The notes beneath the pieces are model-generated. The model worked only from the letters and a program-made list of their open reading frames with translations. It searched no databases and was not told the DNA's origin. Below, piece after piece: positions 56,971 through 60,972 of a stretch of 60,972 bases of DNA. The stretch spans positions 1 through 60,972 of IMG/VR virus record IMGVR_UViG_3300027852_000043; one strand, given 5' to 3'. Each line of letters opens with the position of its first letter. The stretch's first letter is position 1. The translations under genes and the position numbers were made by a program. The stretch is from a virus (lineage: Duplodnaviria; Caudoviricetes).

Positions 56971-57342
56971 ATGCCAGGGAATGAAAGAGAGCTTAGGGTA
57001 ACAACGGTAATGGACGCAGAGGAAATAGCTGCCAGCGGAGATGCGGTGTCGACCTCGATAGACCAGACAGGCAAGAAGGGCAACTATTCTTTGCAGATAT
57101 TAGTGGAGGGAGATGGTACATGCAAGATAGAACAGGAAATCAGTAATGACAACGTAAGTTACGGCGAGCCGGAGGGGGCGGCCGATCTCTTCACCGGACT
57201 GACAAAGACGAGTGGGCCGGGGTCTGATGGTAAGGTTTTCAAGCAAGTCACGATAGACTTCGCAAATCGTGTCAGGTTAAAAGTTACTGAAACGGGTACA
57301 ACTGACAGCGTAACGGTGACGCTTAAACTGGCCATACAGTGA
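56971..57342 (+). CDS. Small beta-rich virion protein
   Basis: AGGAG RBS; jelly-roll-like composition. Confidence 0.6.
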   Translation: MPGNERELRVTTVMDAEEIAASGDAVSTSIDQTGKKGNYSLQILVEGDGTCKIEQEISNDNVSYGEPEGAADLFTGLTKTSGPGSDGKVFKQVTIDFANRVRLKVTETGTTDSVTVTLKLAIQ

Positions 57343-57368
57343 GGGTGGGCTGCTGAAGCCTGAAGGGG

Positions 57369-58331
57369 ATGTATAGCTATATGACCGGAAAATCCATAGA
57401 TGAACTCTTGATGGAACGGCGAACGATTGAGGACCTCATCAAGCAGAATTTCGAGCGCAAGCTGGCTATGCTATTTATTGACGTCTGGGGATACACCCAG
57501 TATGTCGAGACCAGAACAGCCGTCAATGGCCGGGCGATGCTCAAAGAGTTTTTCGATATCGTCAGCCCGATTATTGAAAAATACGCGGGTGTGCTGGTCA
57601 AGAAGATCGGCGATGAAGCTATGGTCGCGTTCACTTCGCCCGTATCAGCGGCACGGGCCTCCATCGCAATGCAGCAGGGGCTCGCTGAATATAACAGGCA
57701 GGTTACAAAGCAGAACCGGATACACGCAAAGATCGGGGTTGATTATGGCGAGGTCTTGGTTGAGGACAAAGACATACATGGAGACACAGTAAATGTGGCT
57801 TCTCGTGTGACGAGTCTGGCAGGCAAGGACCAGATATTGTTCACCGGGTTTGCATGGGTACCTACCCGAGACGTCGAAGGGGTTGTTTTCCGGGATTACG
57901 GGGTCGTTACACTGAAGGGCAAAGCGGAGCCTGTCAACCTCTACGAGCTGGTCTGGCGCGATGATAGAAGTCTACCCAGGGTAGGGCCACAAAAAGAAAC
58001 AGCGCCGCCAATACCTGCGGCTATTATCGAAAATGGCCAATTCGATTCCTTGACCAGGTACCTGGATTTGATCTATGATACACAGCGTCAACATGCTGCG
58101 ACTATCGGGAAGTTGTTTGACAAACTGGATGCGCAAGGGAAGGCTATCGCAAAATGTGAACCACGGCTCGATGCCTTGGAAAAGCTCACTTCCGAAGAGC
58201 TTAAACCTGCGGTAGAGGCCCACACAAAAAGTCTTTCCCGGATAACGGGGGCGCCTCTTTTTGTTAGTTTCCTTTTGGGTCTTGGCGCGTTATTGGCTAT
58301 GTTTTTAGCATGGTTTGGATTTAAGAATTAA
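57369..58331 (+). CDS. Class III adenylate/guanylate cyclase fused to a coiled coil and C-terminal TM helix
   Basis: AMLFIDVWGYT, VKKIGDEAM, KIGVDYG.V, DIHGDTVNVASR, LKGK; C-terminal LFVSFLLGLGALLAMFLAWF. Confidence 0.9.
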   Translation: MYSYMTGKSIDELLMERRTIEDLIKQNFERKLAMLFIDVWGYTQYVETRTAVNGRAMLKEFFDIVSPIIEKYAGVLVKKIGDEAMVAFTSPVSAARASIAMQQGLAEYNRQVTKQNRIHAKIGVDYGEVLVEDKDIHGDTVNVASRVTSLAGKDQILFTGFAWVPTRDVEGVVFRDYGVVTLKGKAEPVNLYELVWRDDRSLPRVGPQKETAPPIPAAIIENGQFDSLTRYLDLIYDTQRQHAATIGKLFDKLDAQGKAIAKCEPRLDALEKLTSEELKPAVEAHTKSLSRITGAPLFVSFLLGLGALLAMFLAWFGFKN

Positions 58332-58343
58332 GGAGGTGGTATC

Positions 58344-58562
58344 ATGGGGTTTTTAAAGTATTTGTCGTACATCGGAAAAGGAGCCAAGGTGATTAGTATT
58401 TTGGCCTTGGAGATTTCCAAAATTCTTGCCGATGGGAAAGTCACAGTTGGTGAGGCTATGGATTCATTTGAAAAAGCAGCAGGCGGGGCAGGCATGCCAC
58501 TTAAAATTGAAGTCCCTTATGAGATCAGGGAAATGTCAATGAGAGTGAAAGAGGTGAAATGA
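58344..58562 (+). CDS. Small protein (possible holin-like)
   Basis: AAGGAGG RBS; LADGKVT..E; end of the late operon. Confidence 0.55.
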   Translation: MGFLKYLSYIGKGAKVISILALEISKILADGKVTVGEAMDSFEKAAGGAGMPLKIEVPYEIREMSMRVKEVK

Positions 58563-58565
58563 GAT

Positions 58566-58754
58566 ATGGGAAAACATTTAATAATTATGCTTGAGTATGA
58601 TATGGGTGATTATTCTGACATGGAAGGCGATGGGCAAGAAATACCAACCGACCCAAACGATGTTGGGCTAAATGAATCATTTTATCAAGGTGAAGCCTCA
58701 AGACATGATATGCGTATTGTTGGGGTGAGAACTGAAGACAGGGAAGCCGTATGA
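58566..58754 (+). CDS. Hypothetical protein
   Basis: GAGGTG RBS. Confidence 0.5.
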   Translation: MGKHLIIMLEYDMGDYSDMEGDGQEIPTDPNDVGLNESFYQGEASRHDMRIVGVRTEDREAV

Positions 58755-58848
58755 CCTTAAACCCAATATCCGCGACCATAGACCCAGGGGCATTAACTGT
58801 CCTTCATGCGAAGGCCAACCTTGTTTCCCATTACAAGTTCTTCGGTTA

Positions 58849-59100
58849 TTACCAGTTGGGGTTTTTCTCATGTGCGTATTTATGAGCTGCATCTTTAGTA
58901 TCGAATACTTTATCGATAAAGTCAGACACGGGGGAAATTGAAGATAGAAACTTTTGTTTGTCAAAGTTTTCACCATCCCAATATGCAGCATCTGGAAAAT
59001 GGCCCTCCTCTGGTTCCCAACATATCAACACCGCATACCACCCTCTTTGTTTTGGCCTTGGGTCGTTGATATCATACACGCTAATGAATTCTGTATCCAT
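58849..59100 (-). CDS. Hypothetical protein
   Basis: GGGAG RBS; P...GWY.V. Confidence 0.6.
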   Translation of the reverse strand: MDTEFISVYDINDPRPKQRGWYAVLICWEPEEGHFPDAAYWDGENFDKQKFLSSISPVSDFIDKVFDTKDAAHKYAHEKNPNW

Positions 59101-59157
59101 TACTCCCTATTTTACTGAATTCCATATATTTGCTTCCAACCATACCGGTCTCCTTTT
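59101..59157. repeat. 57-bp perfect direct repeat (second copy 59975..60031)
   Basis: Contains the RBS and first 14 codons of the 59784..60017 gene. Confidence 0.9.
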
Positions 59158-59207
59158 CTGTTACTGTTTGCTCAACATTCGATCGGCGATAACCCTGGGG
59201 AGCACCA

Positions 59208-59259
59208 CCATAACACTCATTGCCACTGTTCATTAGGCAATGAAATCAACTGGTTAGCG
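59208..59259 (-). mobile_element. Degenerate attC directly abutting the upstream attC
   Basis: R'' CGCTAAC-CAGTT; 8-bp stem TCATTGCC/GGCAATGA; right arm irregular. Confidence 0.4.
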
Positions 59260-59319
59260 GTATAACGTTAAGCTGACTTACCACGGCTTCTTGTGGGTAA
59301 GTCCAGCGGCTGGTTAGGA
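59260..59319 (-). mobile_element. Intact attC site (60 bp)
   Basis: R'' TCCTAAC, CAGCC, L'' GCTGGACT, TACC(C)AC/GTGGTA, L' AGTCAGC, TTAAC, R' GTTATAC. Confidence 0.85.
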
Positions 59320-59459
59320 GTAATACCGTGTGTTACGTGTGCCGCGGGCCAATGTCCGCAGTCTTCACATACTCGTTTACCCTTCAACGCTGGTTTACGT
59401 TTTCCATCTTGAATTATTGGTTTAAAAATAATTTTTCCCCCGCACTTTTCACATTTCAT
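59268..59459 (-). CDS. Cassette-borne zinc-ribbon protein
   Basis: CEKCG...CEDCG; reads into attC (PNQPLDL). Confidence 0.6.
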   Translation of the reverse strand: MKCEKCGGKIIFKPIIQDGKRKPALKGKRVCEDCGHWPAAHVTHGITPNQPLDLPTRSRGKSA

Positions 59460-59469
59460 TACTTTAATC

Positions 59470-59525
59470 TCTTAACGCTAAGATCAGCCGCCGGGTCTTC
59501 GGTCGGCTGCATTTGTTGGTTATAA
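59470..59525 (-). mobile_element. Intact attC site (56 bp)
   Basis: R'' TTATAAC, CAACA, L'' AATGCAGC, CG(A)CC/GGCG, L' GCTGATC, TTAGC, R' GTTAAGA. Confidence 0.85.
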
Positions 59526-59726
59526 GATTTCTAATATCACCGCATCACCAACATACGAATGACCGGTATCCCGGTAAAACCACCATTTGTCAAAACCCTC
59601 AACCGCAACAGATACATCGTCCGCGTCTATGATTTCATATTCGTAGAATCCAGATGGCAACATCACATTGCCAGATTTGTTGTGGACCTTGACCCTGTCA
59701 CCTTTTTTTAAAGTTCCGAGTTCCAT
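59520..59726 (-). CDS. Cassette-borne small beta-barrel-like protein
   Basis: AAGGAG RBS right after R'; LKKGDRVKV; stop TAA inside R''. Confidence 0.7.
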   Translation of the reverse strand: MELGTLKKGDRVKVHNKSGNVMLPSGFYEYEIIDADDVSVAVEGFDKWWFYRDTGHSYVGDAVILEIL

Positions 59727-59739
59727 TTAGAATTGCTCC

Positions 59740-59797
59740 TTATAACAGGTTGATCACCAGTGCGGCCCTTGGCATCTGGTGGATTAACTGGTTGTGC
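59740..59797 (-). mobile_element. Intact attC site (58 bp)
   Basis: R'' GCACAAC, CAGTT, L'' AATCCACC, AG(A)TGC/GCACT, L' GGTGATC, AACCT, R' GTTATAA. Confidence 0.85.
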
Positions 59798-60017
59798 GCC
59801 TCTGAGCCATTAGTTCGAAAATCATTTTTTTGATATCATCCATGCAATCGGTGTTAAATACGCAATTGGCGGAAGGGAAAAAACAGTATTGTCGCCATGC
59901 CCCATACCATTTAATTGTACCTAAAATAAATCCCGATGACTTAGAAAGAATGTCCCAAATATCTGTTTTCCCCGTACTCCCTATTTTACTGAATTCCATA
60001 TATTTGCTTCCAACCAT
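59784..60017 (-). CDS. Conserved phage protein ending in attC
   Basis: KT..W.I......LG.IKWYGAWRQYCFFP....VFN..CM.DI. Confidence 0.75.
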   Translation of the reverse strand: MVGSKYMEFSKIGSTGKTDIWDILSKSSGFILGTIKWYGAWRQYCFFPSANCVFNTDCMDDIKKMIFELMAQRRTTS

Positions 60018-60029
60018 ACCGGTCTCCTT

Positions 60030-60230
60030 TTATGGCCGTGGTTGCTTAAAAACCCACCAATCTTGAATAAATGGCTCTTGGCCTACCCAATGTTTTTGGG
60101 TATACCCAACGAATTCCCACCCCTGCTTATCCATTAAATTGAGCCAGGATTCCATGTCTCTATTATCCATCACAGGTGACTTTGCGTTTTGTGGTAAGTC
60201 CGGTTGCGTACATTTGTATTTATATCTCAT
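60030..60230 (-). CDS. Hypothetical protein (DUF4177-like)
   Basis: Y.YK...LN.M.KQGWEFV...VFK.P. Confidence 0.6.
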   Translation of the reverse strand: MRYKYKCTQPDLPQNAKSPVMDNRDMESWLNLMDKQGWEFVGYTQKHWVGQEPFIQDWWVFKQPRP

Positions 60231-60294
60231 AACTGCTCTCACCCCTCGCATATCCCAACAAAGATACTCCTGTACTTTAGCTCCAAAGCCATTA

Positions 60295-60708
60295 TTATAC
60301 AATTCTTCGTAATATCTGCCCAATCGGATTTTCTGAAACCTCAAACAAAGGCTCTCCGGTAAGCCATATTTGGCACTGGATATGGTTAAGTTGTTCGTCC
60401 CATGCCATGTGCATGATCTCAGTGCCAAACTCTTCAGATAGCCTCTTGACAAACACAGATGCGGTTTCAAAATTCCAATAATTAAAAACCCCTGCAAATA
60501 CAACATATGACCCTTTGTGTGCAATTAATTCTTGAGACATACATCGAGACGGATCACCGTCCTCTCCGCCTAAATCAGGGTCGTCGTCAGTTCCCCGCAT
60601 TTCCAGCGTAATCTTTTTAATGCGTTCTTTCATGTCTTTTGTGTCAGTGGAACCGGAGAAAACTCCTCCCGTCCTTATGCCGATCATGTGAGAAATATAA
60701 TACCCCAT
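60295..60708 (-). CDS. Hypothetical protein
   Basis: GGGAGG RBS. Confidence 0.7.
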   Translation of the reverse strand: MGYYISHMIGIRTGGVFSGSTDTKDMKERIKKITLEMRGTDDDPDLGGEDGDPSRCMSQELIAHKGSYVVFAGVFNYWNFETASVFVKRLSEEFGTEIMHMAWDEQLNHIQCQIWLTGEPLFEVSENPIGQILRRIV

Positions 60709-60737
60709 AATTACCTCCCGTTGCGTAACAAGTAATC

Positions 60738-60944
60738 CTATTCCCCCTCGCATATCCCAATAAAAATACTTCTGTGCTTCACCTCCAACGCCTCCAGCGT
60801 CTTTGCCAGCTCATCCAGTTCTTTCAGGTCGGCCTTTGCGTCGTCCGTTTTCGGGTCACACTCTGCGATCCCCTCCAGTAGCAGTATGGGGATATCGGAC
60901 AGATGCGACCAGGCAAGGGAGAACTGGTCTTTGATGTACATATC
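60738..60944 (-). CDS. C-terminal part of the junction-spanning hypothetical protein
   Basis: In frame with 1..102 once the terminal overlap is merged. Confidence 0.75.
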   Translation of the reverse strand, partial: DMYIKDQFSLAWSHLSDIPILLLEGIAECDPKTDDAKADLKELDELAKTLEALEVKHRSIFIGICEGE

Positions 60945-60972
60945 TGTTAATTTTTCTCTGGAAAACGGGACC
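60945..60972. repeat. Terminal overlap, copy 2
   Basis: 27/28 identical to 1..28. Confidence 0.9.

Noticed and set aside
56971-58754. Endolysin in the late operon
   Set aside because: No amidase, lysozyme or peptidase motif was recognised in any ORF, so none was called.
59260-59797. CRISPR array or rho-independent terminators as the explanation for the spaced palindromes
   Set aside because: The units are not identical repeats, are separated by whole genes, lack U-tails and carry attC-specific boxes and unpaired bases.
1-60972. Integron integrase or prophage integrase
   Set aside because: No ORF shows tyrosine-recombinase (R..H-x-x-R..Y) or serine-recombinase motifs by eye; an HMM search is still needed to exclude a divergent one.

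Overview
This window looks like an essentially complete, circularly permuted ~61 kb tailed-phage genome. A 28-bp end overlap and an ORF that reads across the junction support circularity. It is probably podovirus-like: PBSX-type terminase, portal, capsid and very large internal-virion/polyvalent proteins are present, with no tape measure or sheath. No integrase was found. Bases 1-20.5 kb and 58.8-61 kb hold early/accessory genes: ERF plus YqaJ recombination, two DNA methyltransferases, a replication initiator, HNH nucleases and many small ORFs. Bases 21-58.7 kb are the packaging/virion operon. The most striking signal is a set of integron-type attC sites bounding small genes in three accessory clusters (about 7.5-9.0, 13.2-13.8 and 59.2-59.8 kb). 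Four are intact and several are decayed, so this appears to be a gene-cassette array on a phage with no IntI. Other unusual items: two tRNA-like RNAs with aberrant anticodon arms; a membrane-anchored class III adenylate cyclase at the lysis-module position; a polyvalent protein split by a GIY-YIG endonuclease, with Cys-tipped termini; a C5-methyltransferase with a nested alternative-frame subunit; an adenine methylase interrupted by a 9-nt insertion; and a sigma54/IHF promoter. All product calls come from motif recognition by eye; no database search was run. Some start codons were moved from the ORF track to RBS-supported ATGs.
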